DNA of 64,000 nucleotides from Hadesarchaea archaeon (GTDB lineage Archaea; Hadarchaeota; Hadarchaeia; Hadarchaeales; Hadarchaeaceae). The position numbers and the translations under genes were made by a program. A model generated the notes under the pieces. It ran no database searches. It worked only from the letters and a program-made list of their open reading frames with translations, and was not told the DNA's origin. Position 1 is the first letter of the stretch. Each line of letters opens with the position of its first letter. The stretch spans positions 2,067-66,066 of the forward strand of contig SOKQ01000014.1 in assembly GCA_004375695.1 (NCBI GenBank), given 5' to 3'. Positions 7,997-21,123 of this stretch are shown here, one piece after another.

Positions 7997-10900
7997 GTGG
8001 TGCGCATGCAGGACACTTGGCCGTTGGTTGAGGCTTTCTTCAAGGAAAAAGGGCTTGTGAGGCAGCACCTCGACTCCTACAACGCCTTCATCGAACGTGG
8101 GATCCAGCATGTCATCGACGGAATAGCTGGCGTAAATCTCGATATCGCGGGCATCGACGTCAAGTTTGGTCAGGTAAGATTAGGTAAACCCTCGGTGAAG
8201 GAAGCCGATGGATCCCGTCCAGAAATATTTCCGAGCGAGGCGAGACTGCGAAACCTCAGCTACACCACACCGATTTATCTTGAGATGCGCATTCTCAAGC
8301 GGGGAAAAGAACAGCCCCCAGACGAAGTGTATATCGGTGAGCTGCCGGTAATGCTCAAGTCAAAGCTCTGCAAGCTGAGTGAAAATAGCGAGGATGAACT
8401 GATAGCTGCCGGCGAGGACCCTCTAGATCCTGGGGGTTATTTCATCGTCAATGGTTCGGAGCGCGTGATCGTCACCCAAGAGGACCTTGCGTCGAACTCG
8501 ATTTTGATAGAGCGAGATGAGCGCATGGGCACCGCGGTGGCGAAGGTCTTCTCGACCCAGCGCGGTTTTCGGGCACTCGTCGTGGTCGAGCGGAAGCGCG
8601 ATGGCCTCTTACGCGCCTCGTTTCCAGCTGTTCCGGGGCAAGTGCCGCTCGTGGTTTTGATGCGCGCCTTGGGACTCGAGAGCGATCGCGAAATCGTCGA
8701 AGCTGTTTCTGATGATCAAGAAATCATTCGTGAACTATTCGAGAATCTACAAGAAGCGGTTGAGGTAAAAACGCGCGAGGATGCACTCGACTTAATAGGA
8801 AAGAGGGTAGCAATCGGGCAGACCAAGGAATACCGGCTGCAACGAGCCCAAGAGGTGTTGGACAGGTATCTTTTACCACACATAGGCTCCCGCCCGAACG
8901 ACCGCATCGGCAAGGTGTACTATCTGGGCAGGATGACCGAACAGGTGATAGAACTTGCACTCGGTCGAAGAGATGTAAACGACAAGGATCACTATGCGAA
9001 CAAACGTCTGAAGCTGGCGGGTGATTTGCTCGAGAACGTGTTCAGGCTAGCTTTCCTCAACCTCACCCGGGACACCAAATATCAGCTCGAGCGGGCAAAT
9101 GCGAGAGGCAGGGAGCTCAGCGTCAAGACTGCGGCGCGCGCGGACGTGCTGACCGAACGAATCCGGCACGCTTTGGCAACTGGCAACTGGCCGGGTGGAC
9201 GATCCGGGGTGAGCCAGCTCTTAGATCGGACGAACTACATTGCCGCCATCTCACACCTGCGTCGCGTCGTCTCTCCCCTGAGCAGGAGCCAGCCTCACTT
9301 CGAGGCACGTGACCTCCACCCGACGCACTGGGGGAAGCTTTGTCCGTGCGAGACCCCAGAGGGCCCGAACTGTGGGCTTGTGAAAAATCTCGCGCTGATG
9401 GCCGATATCTCAACTGGGACTGAAGAGGGGAAGGTCGAGCGACTCTTGTACAAGCTTGGAGTTATAAAGATCCAGAAGGGTAGCGAGCACAAGGGCAAGA
9501 GTGTTGTTTATATCAACGGGCGATTAACCGGCATAGCCGAAAATGGGCAAATGCTTGTGGAAAAACTAAGGCGTCATCGTCGTAAGGGAAGCATCGATGA
9601 GCAAATCAACATAGCATACAGGGAGGATACAAACGAGGTGCGGATAAACACGGACGCTGGCCGGGTGCGCAGACCAGTGATCGTTGCCGAGGGTGGGAAA
9701 TCCCTTCTGACCGATGAGCATATCGAGAAGGCCAAGGCTGGTGAAGTCACTTGGCGCGACCTAATTCGGAAGGGCATAATTGAGTACTTAGACGCCGAGG
9801 AGGAGGAAAATTCTTTCATCGCGATCTCGCAACAGAATCTGACGCTCAAACACACCCACTTGGAGCTTCACCAGTTAGCAATCTTGGGGATAAGCGCAGC
9901 TCTCATTCCATATGCCGAACACAATCAATCACCGCGAAATACTTACGGCGCGAACATGGCCAAACAGGCGCTCGGGGTTGGGGTAACCAATATTCACAAC
10001 CGCGTGGATACGCGGAGTCACTTTTTACACTACCCACAAGTCCCACTTATCTGGACCAAGGTGATGGACGCGGTTGGCTTCGACCGCAGGGCTGCTGGGC
10101 AGAACGTTGTGGTGGCAATCGCGACCTACGGCGGCTACAACATGGAAGATGCTCTCATCGTCAACAAAGATTCCATTGATCGTGGCTTTGGGCGAACGAC
10201 GTTTTACAGGGCTTACGAGGCCGAGGAAAGCAGGTACCTTGGGGGACAAGAGGACAAGTTCGAGATTCCAAGCGAGGAGATTCGAGGATATGCTGACGCG
10301 AGCCTCTACCGGAACCTCGGGGACGATGGGATAACCGAGGTTGAATCCGAAGTTCGGGGAGAGGATGTCTTAATTGGACGAACAAGCCCACCGAGATTCT
10401 TAGAAGAGATAGACGAGTTCGGCATTGCAGCCGAGCATGGACGTCGGGAAAGTTCGATAAGGGTCAGACACAGCGAGAAAGGGATAGTTGACATGATTCT
10501 CGTAACCACGACATCTGAGGGAAACAAACTCGTGAAGGCGCGGGCCAGGGATCTGCGCATACCAGAGATTGGGGACAAGCTTGCTTCTAGGCACGGTCAG
10601 AAAGGCGTCGTAGGAATCATCCTCGACAGCGCGGACATGCCATTCACCGAAAGTGGGATAGTTCCTGATATCCTGATCAACCCGCATGCCATCCCCTCAC
10701 GCATGTCGATAGGACAGTTGCTGGAGATGATCGCCGGCAAAGCCGGGGCGATTGCTGGGCAACGAATTGATGGCACGCCATTCGGGGGAATGCCAGAAAA
10801 GCAAATACGCGAAATGCTTTACGCTTACGGGTTTAAGCACACAGGTAAGGAGGTCATGTATAACGGAGTCACTGGCGAAATGATCCCCACGGACATCTTC

Positions 10901-11308
10901 GTTGGCGTCTGTTATTACCAAAAGCTTCACCATATGGTGGCGGACAAAATCCATGCTCGCTCTAGAGGGCCGGTACAGGTTTTGACTCATCAGCCAACCG
11001 AGGGCAGGGCGCGCGAAGGGGGACTACGCTTCGGCGAAATGGAACGCGACTGCTTAATTGGTCATGGTGCAGCGATGATGCTGAAAGAGCGCCTCTTGGA
11101 CGCTTCGGATAAGTACACCAGCCTGATATGCGGCAAATGCGGAAGCTTTGCCATTTATGACCGGAAGCGAGATCGTACGTACTGTCCAGTTTGTGATGAG
11201 GACTCGGAGATTTACGGGGTGGAGATATCCTACGCATTCAAGTTACTCATCGACGAGCTTAAGTCGATGTGCATGTCACCGCGCTTGCGGCTGAAGGATA
11301 AGGCTTAG
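7997..11308 (+). CDS. rpoB: DNA-directed RNA polymerase subunit B (Rpo2), unsplit
   Basis: 1103 aa; GEMERD, SRHGQKG and C-terminal Zn ribbon CGKCG..CPVC; true start possibly ATG at 8006. Confidence 0.95.
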   Translation: MVRMQDTWPLVEAFFKEKGLVRQHLDSYNAFIERGIQHVIDGIAGVNLDIAGIDVKFGQVRLGKPSVKEADGSRPEIFPSEARLRNLSYTTPIYLEMRILKRGKEQPPDEVYIGELPVMLKSKLCKLSENSEDELIAAGEDPLDPGGYFIVNGSERVIVTQEDLASNSILIERDERMGTAVAKVFSTQRGFRALVVVERKRDGLLRASFPAVPGQVPLVVLMRALGLESDREIVEAVSDDQEIIRELFENLQEAVEVKTREDALDLIGKRVAIGQTKEYRLQRAQEVLDRYLLPHIGSRPNDRIGKVYYLGRMTEQVIELALGRRDVNDKDHYANKRLKLAGDLLENVFRLAFLNLTRDTKYQLERANARGRELSVKTAARADVLTERIRHALATGNWPGGRSGVSQLLDRTNYIAAISHLRRVVSPLSRSQPHFEARDLHPTHWGKLCPCETPEGPNCGLVKNLALMADISTGTEEGKVERLLYKLGVIKIQKGSEHKGKSVVYINGRLTGIAENGQMLVEKLRRHRRKGSIDEQINIAYREDTNEVRINTDAGRVRRPVIVAEGGKSLLTDEHIEKAKAGEVTWRDLIRKGIIEYLDAEEEENSFIAISQQNLTLKHTHLELHQLAILGISAALIPYAEHNQSPRNTYGANMAKQALGVGVTNIHNRVDTRSHFLHYPQVPLIWTKVMDAVGFDRRAAGQNVVVAIATYGGYNMEDALIVNKDSIDRGFGRTTFYRAYEAEESRYLGGQEDKFEIPSEEIRGYADASLYRNLGDDGITEVESEVRGEDVLIGRTSPPRFLEEIDEFGIAAEHGRRESSIRVRHSEKGIVDMILVTTTSEGNKLVKARARDLRIPEIGDKLASRHGQKGVVGIILDSADMPFTESGIVPDILINPHAIPSRMSIGQLLEMIAGKAGAIAGQRIDGTPFGGMPEKQIREMLYAYGFKHTGKEVMYNGVTGEMIPTDIFVGVCYYQKLHHMVADKIHARSRGPVQVLTHQPTEGRAREGGLRFGEMERDCLIGHGAAMMLKERLLDASDKYTSLICGKCGSFAIYDRKRDRTYCPVCDEDSEIYGVEISYAFKLLIDELKSMCMSPRLRLKDKA

Positions 11309-13942
11309 GTGATGATCATGATGCACATCCCCAAATTAATCGACCGCATGGACTTCGGCTTGATGTCGCCAGAGGAGATACGCAAAATTTCGGTGACGAA
11401 AGTTGTCACTGCTGACACCTATGATGAAGACGGTTACCCCATAGAGAGAGGACTCATGGACTCCCGCCTCGGCGTGATTGACCCGGGCCTGAGGTGCAGA
11501 ACCTGTGGCGCGCGGGCAGGCGATTGCCCAGGCCACTTCGGTCACGTCGAGCTGGCGCGTCCTGTCATCCATGTGGGTTACGTGGACACAACCTACAACT
11601 GTCTTCGCGCGACGTGCAGAAAATGTGGCAGAATACTGCTATCGAAGCAAAAACTTGAGGGATATCTCAAGCAAATCACGGAGATGAGAGAAACTGGACA
11701 GAAATGGTGGGGGATGACAACTGAAATCGTCAAGAGCGCCTCAACCACAGAGAAGTGCCCCTACTGTGAAGAAACACAGGGATCGCTGAAGTTTGAAAAA
11801 CCTACCGGATTTGTCGAAGATAAAAACCGCCTCACGCCTAGCGATATACGGGAGAGAATCGAGCGCATAACGAACGAGGACGCGATACTATTAGGAATAA
11901 ACCCAAAAATGAAGCCAGAGTGGATGATCTTAACGGCTTTGCCTATCCCCTCTGTAACAGTCAGACCGAGCATAACACTTGAGTCTGGGGCACGATCTGA
12001 AGACGATCTCACCCACAAGATAGTGGATATCATAAGAATCAACCAGCGCTTGAGTGAAAATATCGAAGCCGGGGCCCCCCACCTAATCGTCGAGGATCTC
12101 TGGGAGCTGTTGCAGTATCACGTCACGACATATTTTGACAATGGGGTTTCTGGTATTCCCCCCGCGCGGCACAGATCGGGTCGCGTTCTGCGCACGCTTG
12201 CCCAGCGCCTGCGCGGGAAAGAAGGGCGCTTCCGTGGGAACCTCTCGGGCAAGCGTGTCGACTTCTCCGCACGCACGGTCGTCTCCCCGGATCCGAACAT
12301 CAGCATCAACGAGATAGGTGTGCCTGAATATATCGCGAGGATTCTGAGCATACCCGTTCGTGCGACCGAGCATAATATTGAGGATCTCCGTGACCTAATC
12401 CGCCGGGGGCCCGACATTTACCCTGGTGCTAACTGTGTGGTGAGCCCTGATGGCAAACGCTACGACCTGCGCTATGCTGACTGTGAAGAACTAGCGAAGA
12501 CCCTCGAGCCGGGATTCACCGTCGAGCGGCATCTGATGAACGACGACATCGTGCTCTTTAACCGCCAGCCATCCCTCCACCGCATGTCGATAATGGCCCA
12601 CGAGGTTAAGGTCCTACCCGGACGCACGTTCAGGCTCAACCTAAGCGTTTGCCCGCCCTACAATGCCGACTTCGATGGCGATGAGATGAACGTGCATGTC
12701 CCCCAACGCGAGGAGGCCCAGGCCGAGGCCCGCATTCTGATGAGGGTTCAGGAACAGATTCTCTCGCCAAGATTTGGGTGCCCAATCATAGGAGGCATCC
12801 AAGACCATATAACGGGCGCATACCTGCTCACGCGCAAAGGCACGCTGCTGACGAGAGAACAAAGCCAACAGCTCTTGGCGGCTGCGAGGGTGTTCGCCAG
12901 TCTGCCTAAGCCAGCAGTCAAAGAAAAAGGCATCGAGTATTGGGCTGGTAAACAAGTCTTCAGCATACTTCTTCCTAAGGGGCTTAATTTGACATTCAAG
13001 GCCAAGATATGTGAGAACTGTGCCCGCTGCAAGAAAGAGGAGTGCGAAATAGATGCGTACGTGATCATACGGGACGGGCAGTTGCTCCGCGGGGTTATTG
13101 ACGCACGGAGCTACAAGGCGCTTGACCGATGTGAGGTGTTGGACAGGATTGTCAAAGATTATGGTACGACGACTGCCCGGGAATTTTTGGATCGGGTAAC
13201 GAAGCTCTCGATCGCTGCCGCAGTCATGTTTGGGTTCACAACGAGCATCGATGACGAAGACATCCCGCCCGAGGCGAAAGAGCGGATAAACGAGGTGCTC
13301 GATGATGCGCGAGAAAAAGTGAACAAACTGATTGAGGTTTACAATGCTGGAGAGCTTGAACCATTTCCTGGGCGATCCCTCCGAGAAACACTCGAGATGC
13401 GCATAATGGAGGTGCTCGCAGAGAGCAGAGACCGAGCGGGAGAGATAGCTGAGAAATATTTGGGTCTTGACAATCCCGCCGTCATCATGGCTAGAACCGG
13501 TGCGCGTGGCAGCATGCTTAACCTCACGCAGATGGCGGCTTGCGTTGGGCAGCAGTCCGTTCGGGGCGAACGCCTGAGCCGAGGCTACAGGGGGCGCACC
13601 CTGCCGCACTTCAAGTTCGGGAGCCTAAGCGCGAAAGCCCGCGGATTCGTAAGTTCCAGCTACAAGGATGGCCTCAAGCCGCTTGAGTTTTACTTCCACG
13701 CCATGGGTGGAAGGGAGGGCTTGGTCGACACTGCAGTTCGAACCGCGCAGAGCGGCTACATGCAGCGTCGCCTAATCAATGCCCTACAAGATCTCCGCGT
13801 CGAGAACGATGGAACAGTACGCGATGATCGTAGTGCGGTAGTACAATTCGTGTACGGCGAGGACGGCGTAGACCCGGCGCGCAGTGACAATGGAAAAGCC
13901 GTTAACGTTAACAAAATAATCGAGCGAGTTATTGGGAGGTAG
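11309..13942 (+). CDS. rpoA1: DNA-directed RNA polymerase subunit A' (Rpo1N)
   Basis: 877 aa; NADFDGDEMN catalytic motif; N-terminal Zn motifs. Confidence 0.95.
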   Translation: MMIMMHIPKLIDRMDFGLMSPEEIRKISVTKVVTADTYDEDGYPIERGLMDSRLGVIDPGLRCRTCGARAGDCPGHFGHVELARPVIHVGYVDTTYNCLRATCRKCGRILLSKQKLEGYLKQITEMRETGQKWWGMTTEIVKSASTTEKCPYCEETQGSLKFEKPTGFVEDKNRLTPSDIRERIERITNEDAILLGINPKMKPEWMILTALPIPSVTVRPSITLESGARSEDDLTHKIVDIIRINQRLSENIEAGAPHLIVEDLWELLQYHVTTYFDNGVSGIPPARHRSGRVLRTLAQRLRGKEGRFRGNLSGKRVDFSARTVVSPDPNISINEIGVPEYIARILSIPVRATEHNIEDLRDLIRRGPDIYPGANCVVSPDGKRYDLRYADCEELAKTLEPGFTVERHLMNDDIVLFNRQPSLHRMSIMAHEVKVLPGRTFRLNLSVCPPYNADFDGDEMNVHVPQREEAQAEARILMRVQEQILSPRFGCPIIGGIQDHITGAYLLTRKGTLLTREQSQQLLAAARVFASLPKPAVKEKGIEYWAGKQVFSILLPKGLNLTFKAKICENCARCKKEECEIDAYVIIRDGQLLRGVIDARSYKALDRCEVLDRIVKDYGTTTAREFLDRVTKLSIAAAVMFGFTTSIDDEDIPPEAKERINEVLDDAREKVNKLIEVYNAGELEPFPGRSLRETLEMRIMEVLAESRDRAGEIAEKYLGLDNPAVIMARTGARGSMLNLTQMAACVGQQSVRGERLSRGYRGRTLPHFKFGSLSAKARGFVSSSYKDGLKPLEFYFHAMGGREGLVDTAVRTAQSGYMQRRLINALQDLRVENDGTVRDDRSAVVQFVYGEDGVDPARSDNGKAVNVNKIIERVIGR

Positions 13943-15412
<1,470 letters not shown>

Positions 15413-15416
<4 letters not shown>

Positions 15417-15841
15417 ACATCAAACTCGGTGTCGATGAAATGCGCTACATTGCCCTCTTCGAAGGCTTGACGGGAGCGAGGGTCCAAGATTGTATAATCC
15501 ACGAAAACGGGGCCAGACTCACCTTCGTCGTGAAGACGGGGGATATCGGCTTTGTCATAGGGAAGGGTGGAAACAATATCCGGAAGACAAAACGGATGAT
15601 CGGAAAAAGCGTCGAGGTTGTCGAGTACTCTGCAGACCCGGTAAAGTTCGTGAAAAATATCCTGATGCCCGCAAGGGTCAAGGGGGTCAACATCGTCGAA
15701 CGTGAAGGCAAGAAAATTGCGTTGATAGACGTTGAGGAACAAGACCGAGGAATAGCCATCGGTCGAGGAGGCAGGAAGATCCAGTGCGCAAAGAAACTTG
15801 CCCTCCGCCATCACGGGATTCAAGACATCTCACTTGTTTGA
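15413..15841 (+). CDS. nusA: Transcription termination/elongation factor NusA-like (two KH domains)
   Basis: 142 aa; GxxG KH motifs (GKGGNNI, GRGGRKI); conserved position. Confidence 0.9.
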
Positions 15842-15873
15842 TTTTTAAGGTTGAAAGGGAAGTATTCTTTTAG

Positions 15874-16320
15874 GTGGGTAATGTGAGCAAAGGTTCCAGA
15901 GGAGAATTTGCAGCTCGGAAGATGGGTTCCAAACGGCAGCAGTTTAGATGGAAGAGCGCCCAATACCAGCGGCGGGTGCTCAGGCTGGACGAAAAAGCTG
16001 ACCCCCTCGAAGGGTCTCCGCAGGGTAAGGGAATCGTCCTCGAAAAGGTTGGGGTCGAAGCCAAACAGCCAAACTCTGCAATCAGGAAATGCGTTCGCGT
16101 TCAGCTCATCAAGAATAGCCGCCAAGTCACCGCCTTCGCTCCTAGGGATGGTGCAATTGGGTTCATCGACGAACACGACGAGGTCGTCATTGAGGGGATA
16201 GGGGGGGCAAAGGGTGGTTCGTACGGCGATATTCCTGGCGTTCGCTACAAGGTGATCAAAGTGAATGACGTCTCGCTGAATGAGCTCGTGAAGGGGCGCA
16301 AGGAAAAGCCAGCGCGGTGA
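15874..16320 (+). CDS. rps12: 30S ribosomal protein S12
   Basis: [15 protein letters not shown] motif; 148 aa. Confidence 0.95.
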   Translation: MGNVSKGSRGEFAARKMGSKRQQFRWKSAQYQRRVLRLDEKADPLEGSPQGKGIVLEKVGVEAKQPNSAIRKCVRVQLIKNSRQVTAFAPRDGAIGFIDEHDEVVIEGIGGAKGGSYGDIPGVRYKVIKVNDVSLNELVKGRKEKPAR

Positions 16321-16326
16321 TTAGAG

Positions 16327-16932
16327 ATGGCGTTCAAGTACTTCGACAAGTGGTCGGTCGATGATATTGCGATAAAAGATCCCGGGCTGAAGCAGTACAT
16401 TCGGCTGGAGCCAGGCATGGTACTGCATGGTGGTGGAAGACATTCCCATAAACAATTTGGGAAAGCAGACGTGCCGATCGTCGAGCGGCTGATAAATAAG
16501 ATTATGCGCTCAGGGCCGGGCGTGAGTAAGCTGGGAGGCAAGGCGATTCGCAGCGCCAAAGCCTGCGGCAAAAAATACAAGGGATATAACATTGTGCGTA
16601 AGTCATTTGGAATTGTCGAAAAGCAGACAAATAAGAATCCTGTTCAAGTTTTGGTCGATGCCATACAGAATTCGGCTCCACGCGAGGAAACGACCCGGAT
16701 AAGCTACGGGGGAATAAGCTACTACATCGCCGTCGACTCCGCCCCCCAGCGGAGGCTCGACATCGCGCTCAAGAATCTAGCGGCCGGAAGCTTCGCAGCT
16801 TCTTTCTCAAACAAAAAATCGATTGAGAAGTGCCTTGCCGAGGAACTCATCATGGGCGCTAACAACGACATGAAGAGTTTCGCCGTAGCGCGCAAAGGGG
16901 AGATCGAGCGAATAGCGAGGGGAGCAAGATAG
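16327..16932 (+). CDS. rps7: 30S ribosomal protein S7
   Basis: 201 aa; conserved order after S12. Confidence 0.95.
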   Translation: MAFKYFDKWSVDDIAIKDPGLKQYIRLEPGMVLHGGGRHSHKQFGKADVPIVERLINKIMRSGPGVSKLGGKAIRSAKACGKKYKGYNIVRKSFGIVEKQTNKNPVQVLVDAIQNSAPREETTRISYGGISYYIAVDSAPQRRLDIALKNLAAGSFAASFSNKKSIEKCLAEELIMGANNDMKSFAVARKGEIERIARGAR

Positions 16933-16988
16933 CGGAAGGTTTTTAAAATACCCACGCAAATTGGAATTAGTTAGCGGAGGAGAGATGA

Positions 16989-18251
16989 ATGGCGAAACCT
17001 CACTTGAACCTGATAACAATCGGACATGTGGACCACGGTAAGTCCACGTTGGTAGGGAGAACCTTTTACGAAAAGGGATTGGTGAAAGAGGAAGATTTGA
17101 GAAAGTTCGAGGCGATGGGCGACAAAGGTAAGACCTTCAAGTTCGCTTGGGTGATGGACTCCCTTAAGGAGGAGCGAGAGCGGGGACTTACAATCGACCT
17201 CGCACACAAAAAGTTCGAAACGAACAAGTATTATTTCACTGTCATTGATGCCCCAGGGCACCGGGACTTTGTTAAAAACATGATTACTGGAGCGAGCCAA
17301 GCTGACGCAGCTGTGCTCGTGGTCGCAGCTGATGATGGCATTATGCCTCAGACACGGGAGCACGCGGCGCTCGCCTTTACCCTTGGTGTTGGGCAACTGG
17401 TGATTATTGTAAATAAGATGGATCTCGTGGAATACAAAGAGGATGTGTTTAACAAGATTAAATCTGAGATTACCGACCTGCTGAGAACAGTTGGCTACAA
17501 GAATCCAGAAAAATTCACGTTCGTTCCCGCTTCGGCGTTCCATGGGGATAATGTGACCAAACCTAGTGACAAGATGAAGTGGTACACCGGCCCCATCTTT
17601 TATGCCTCGCTGGATGCATTTACTGTGCCCCCGAAACCCGTCGACAAACCGCTTCGACTGCCCGTGCAGGACGTGTACTCGATCACTGGGGTTGGAACCG
17701 TGCCTGTGGGGAGGGTTGAAACGGGAGTGCTGAAGGCTGGCGATACCCTCGTCTTCGAGCCCGCGGGAGTAAGTGCAGAGGTGAAATCGATCGAGATGCA
17801 CCATGAGACAATACCTCAGGCAGAGCCCGGCGACAATATAGGTTTTAGCGTTCGAGGAATCGAGAAGAACGCGATAAGGCGGGGAGATGTTGCGGGGCAC
17901 CCGAAGGCGCCTCCAACCGTGGTTAAGGAGTTCACCGCACGAATTGCCGTTCTACAGCATCCAACTGCGTTAGCTGCCGGCTATACTCCTGTCTTCCACG
18001 CCCACACGGCGCAGACAGCGTGCACCATATCAGAAATTACCCAGAAGCTCGACCCGAAGACTGGTGAAGTGATTCAGGAGAAGCCAGAATTCATAAAGAA
18101 GGGAGACATGGCGACAATTAAGGTAACGCCTACCAAGCCCATGGTGATCGAGAAGGCTGCTGACCTTCCACAACTGAGTCGCTTCGCCGTGCGCGACATG
18201 GGCATGACTATCGCCGCAGGCGTCTGCGTCGACCTGACACCCGCGAAATAG
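16989..18251 (+). CDS. tuf: Translation elongation factor EF-1 alpha
   Basis: [17 protein letters not shown] and NKMD GTPase motifs; 420 aa. Confidence 0.95.
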   Translation: MAKPHLNLITIGHVDHGKSTLVGRTFYEKGLVKEEDLRKFEAMGDKGKTFKFAWVMDSLKEERERGLTIDLAHKKFETNKYYFTVIDAPGHRDFVKNMITGASQADAAVLVVAADDGIMPQTREHAALAFTLGVGQLVIIVNKMDLVEYKEDVFNKIKSEITDLLRTVGYKNPEKFTFVPASAFHGDNVTKPSDKMKWYTGPIFYASLDAFTVPPKPVDKPLRLPVQDVYSITGVGTVPVGRVETGVLKAGDTLVFEPAGVSAEVKSIEMHHETIPQAEPGDNIGFSVRGIEKNAIRRGDVAGHPKAPPTVVKEFTARIAVLQHPTALAAGYTPVFHAHTAQTACTISEITQKLDPKTGEVIQEKPEFIKKGDMATIKVTPTKPMVIEKAADLPQLSRFAVRDMGMTIAAGVCVDLTPAK

Positions 18252-18301
18252 TCCCAACTCTTTTATTATCCTCTTCCCTCTAGGTAGGGTGAGGGGTATC
18301 A

Positions 18302-18610
18302 TTGCAAAAGGCGCGCATAAGGCTTTCGAGCACAGAGCCAAAGAAGCTAGACGATGTCTGCAAGCAGATTGCTGACATAGCGGAGCGGGTCGGCATCAAG
18401 CTTTCGGGGCCCATCCCGCTCCCTACGCGCAGGATAGTGGTGCCCACGAGAAAATCACCCGATGGTGAAGGAACGGCGACATGGGACCGGTGGGAGCTGC
18501 GCGTACACAAGCGCTTAATTGACATGCAGGCAGACGAGCGAGCGATGCGGCAAATCATGCGCATCCAGGTGCCTGAAGAGGTCACGATCGAGATCGAGCT
18601 CAAGACCTAA
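18302..18610 (+). CDS. rps10: 30S ribosomal protein S10
   Basis: 102 aa; ARIRLSS...GPIPLPTR motif. Confidence 0.95.
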   Translation: MQKARIRLSSTEPKKLDDVCKQIADIAERVGIKLSGPIPLPTRRIVVPTRKSPDGEGTATWDRWELRVHKRLIDMQADERAMRQIMRIQVPEEVTIEIELKT

Positions 18611-18653
18611 TTTTCAAATAGTTAATTAGTGAAAGACATACTCTCATTTTGGT

Positions 18654-18738
18654 GCCGGGGTAGCCAAGCCAGGTAAGGCGCACGCCTTGAGAGCGTGTGG
18701 CCCTTTGGGCCTCAAGGGTTCAAATCCCTTCCCCGGCG
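18654..18738 (+). tRNA. tRNA-Ser(TGA), class II long variable arm, no encoded CCA
   Basis: Acceptor GCCGGGG/CCCCGGC, anticodon arm CACGC-CTTGAGA-GCGTG, variable arm tggccctttgggcc, T-arm with TTCAAAT loop. Confidence 0.85.
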
Positions 18739-18739
18739 C
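18722..18739 (+). repeat. 18-nt direct repeat copy 1 (3' end of tRNA-Ser(TGA)), putative att
   Basis: AAATCCCTTCCCCGGCGC is identical at 21374-21391. Confidence 0.7.
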
Positions 18740-18816
18740 TTCTATTTTTATTAAAAAAAGGGGAGAGGATTTTATTGTTTATGATTCCTTCAGAGAAACC
18801 CGTATAATATCTGTTT

Positions 18817-19527
18817 CTAAAATTTCTTGTTGAATGTATGGAAGAGTACAGCTAGTAATGCAAGGTGCACAGCAAATCCTACTCCTAGATGAATGTAATC
18901 ATGAGTGCCGATGGTTAATACTTTGTCGAGGGCCATGAATGTCCAGAAGTTTGGAATCAGGCCGAAAACATACTTCCAGTTTTCGGCGATGAAGAGGGCG
19001 AAGAGGGGGAGGAGGAATGCACCTCCAAGCGTTTTCATCACGGCGAAACCTTGTACTTTGTTACTTGCAAGTACGTTTATTATCAACGCTATCACCGGCG
19101 TGAACACGGCAAACAGAACCGCAACCGGCAGATACAAAAGAAATGGAACTTCCACAAGGCCGGTTAGTGCCGGAAACATGGCGACATAGATAAACGAGAA
19201 CAACGTCATTAATAACATTCTGTAGATGAGGTAGGCGCTCCTTGAAATAGGCATGACACGTAACACCGTTAGCAGGTTTTCATCGCGCTCATCCATGATG
19301 AGGAACGCAGTGATGAAACCAAAAACCATAGGTATCATAATAGCCATCATCATGAACAACATAGGGTAGAATGGCTCAAGGTAGTACACATTCTCTGAAA
19401 TCCATGGGATGACGAACCTAGTCATCACAACGAAGATTATTGGATATGCAACAAAGGCATAAACATAAAATTTGTCTCTTAAGATGTTTCTTAAATCGTT
19501 TACGAGTAGTTTGCCGATGTATGCCAT
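18817..19527 (-). CDS. ABC-2 type transporter permease
   Basis: 236 aa; about 6 hydrophobic helices; in an operon with the ABC ATPase. Confidence 0.55.
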   Translation of the reverse strand: MAYIGKLLVNDLRNILRDKFYVYAFVAYPIIFVVMTRFVIPWISENVYYLEPFYPMLFMMMAIMIPMVFGFITAFLIMDERDENLLTVLRVMPISRSAYLIYRMLLMTLFSFIYVAMFPALTGLVEVPFLLYLPVAVLFAVFTPVIALIINVLASNKVQGFAVMKTLGGAFLLPLFALFIAENWKYVFGLIPNFWTFMALDKVLTIGTHDYIHLGVGFAVHLALLAVLFHTFNKKF

Positions 19528-19528
19528 T

Positions 19529-20230
19529 TTACTTTCCTCCCATTATTATATGTTTATAGAATGCTTTTTTTGCAAGATAATAGCATAAAGTTGTCCATAA
19601 GGTCAAGTAAACAACTGAATATATTGTTTCCCATAAGGCGACTTCGCTGAACACACCTTTGAGTAGGAAAAAGGATGCCTGTGAAGGCCATAGGTAGAAT
19701 ATAACGTTTTCATACAATCCAGATACGTGCAGCATTGGAGGAATAAATAATATTAGAAATGAAAACGCCATCGTGAGTAAATATTCATTTAGACTACTGC
19801 ATCTTGATACTAAGATGAAACCAAGCAGTATGAGAAACACGGATGTAAGAATTATTCCAAGGAACATGTAAAGATAGTTGAACGCGAATCCATGAGCAAG
19901 GAATAAAAACAGCAAAGCTGCTATGATCGAAAGCGCAGTTAGTGATATTATTTTAGCAAGAAAATAGTTTCGTGTCTCCATTGGTGTGACGGTGAGTGCT
20001 TGGAGTGTGTTTTCAGTTTTTTCAAATAGCACTAGTGCTCCAACGAACATGATGCCAATTAGTGCTGGATCTAAAACCAAAAACACTGTACGAAAGTATT
20101 CTGTGTTTATAAATGGTATTGCCACAAGGGCTAGGTAGTATAGGATAACGCTTGCTATTGAGAGATGGATTATCTTGTACCTGGATTGCAGGATGAACTC
20201 CCATTTGACCATTGTCTTAAGTTGCGTCAT
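19529..20230 (-). CDS. ABC-2 type transporter permease
   Basis: 233 aa polytopic membrane protein; start overlaps the ATPase stop. Confidence 0.55.
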   Translation of the reverse strand: MTQLKTMVKWEFILQSRYKIIHLSIASVILYYLALVAIPFINTEYFRTVFLVLDPALIGIMFVGALVLFEKTENTLQALTVTPMETRNYFLAKIISLTALSIIAALLFLFLAHGFAFNYLYMFLGIILTSVFLILLGFILVSRCSSLNEYLLTMAFSFLILFIPPMLHVSGLYENVIFYLWPSQASFFLLKGVFSEVALWETIYSVVYLTLWTTLCYYLAKKAFYKHIIMGGK

Positions 20231-21081
20231 TACAGCTGCCTTCCTGTAACCTTGATGAATACCTCTTCTAGAGTTGCATCAGCGGTGTGGATGGTCTGAA
20301 CTTGCCCTCCTTTTAGCAGTTTTATGAACTTGCTGTTCGTACCAAGATTTGCCAGTTGGAACTTGTCTCGTATGAGTTTATCGCCTTTGAGATATTCCAC
20401 TTTGACGAGTTTTTTGCCGTGTTTTATCTTAAGTTCCTTTGGGCTTGCAATCAGGTTTAATTTGCCATCTATTATGAATCCTACCTTGTCACAAAGCTCG
20501 TCAGCAACAGTCATATTATGTGTTGTAAGAAAGATTGATTTGCCCTCCTTCTTCTTTTTCAGGATGATGTTTTTGACCTGTCTGGAGCTGACTGGGTCAA
20601 GACCAGTGGTGGGTTCATCTAGAAACAGTATCTGAGGTTTGTTGAGCAATGCCCGTATGAAATTTAGTTTCATTTTCATACCTTTGGAAAATGAGCCTAC
20701 TCTCTGATTAGCGTCCTGGTCTAGGTCTACCATTTTCAGCAGTTCATGAGGATCAACGGTTTTCCTACTGTAAAAGGAAGCAAACAGTTCTAGGTTCTCC
20801 AAGGCGGTGAGTTTCTGGTAATGATTGGGGAATTCGAAGCAGACACCGATTCTCTCATATAAGTCTGATTTCCAGTTTTGAAGGTCTTTATCTAGTAATT
20901 CAACATTTCCACCGTATCCTTTGAGTAGTCCTATGATTATCTTTTGTGTGGTGGTCTTCCCTGCACCATTTGGTCCTAATAACCCAAAGATTTCTCCTTC
21001 CTTTATTTGGAAAGAAATTCCGTTTAATGCTTTCTTTTTTGATTTTGGATATGTGAACTCAAGATTTTCTACTTTTATCAT
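20230..21081 (-). CDS. ABC transporter ATP-binding protein
   Basis: Walker A GPNGAGKTT, signature FSKGMKMK, Walker B ILFLDEPTTGLD; start set at MIKVENL. Confidence 0.85.
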   Translation of the reverse strand: MIKVENLEFTYPKSKKKALNGISFQIKEGEIFGLLGPNGAGKTTTQKIIIGLLKGYGGNVELLDKDLQNWKSDLYERIGVCFEFPNHYQKLTALENLELFASFYSRKTVDPHELLKMVDLDQDANQRVGSFSKGMKMKLNFIRALLNKPQILFLDEPTTGLDPVSSRQVKNIILKKKKEGKSIFLTTHNMTVADELCDKVGFIIDGKLNLIASPKELKIKHGKKLVKVEYLKGDKLIRDKFQLANLGTNSKFIKLLKGGQVQTIHTADATLEEVFIKVTGRQL

Positions 21082-21123
21082 ATCACATCCCCATCCTTCT
21101 TTTACCCGTATATTGCCTCTCAT

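Noticed and set aside
12641-13609. 322-aa minus-strand ORF inside rpoA1. Similar long antisense ORFs occur at 16971-17900 (inside EF-1alpha), 23602-24843 (inside rtcB), 26590-27294 (L4), 29544-30152 (S3/L29) and 36539-37213 (L30/L15).
   Set aside because: All lie antisense to unmistakable conserved genes in GC-rich DNA where stop codons are rare. Their sequences are Arg/Ser/Pro-rich with no motifs. These are shadow ORFs.
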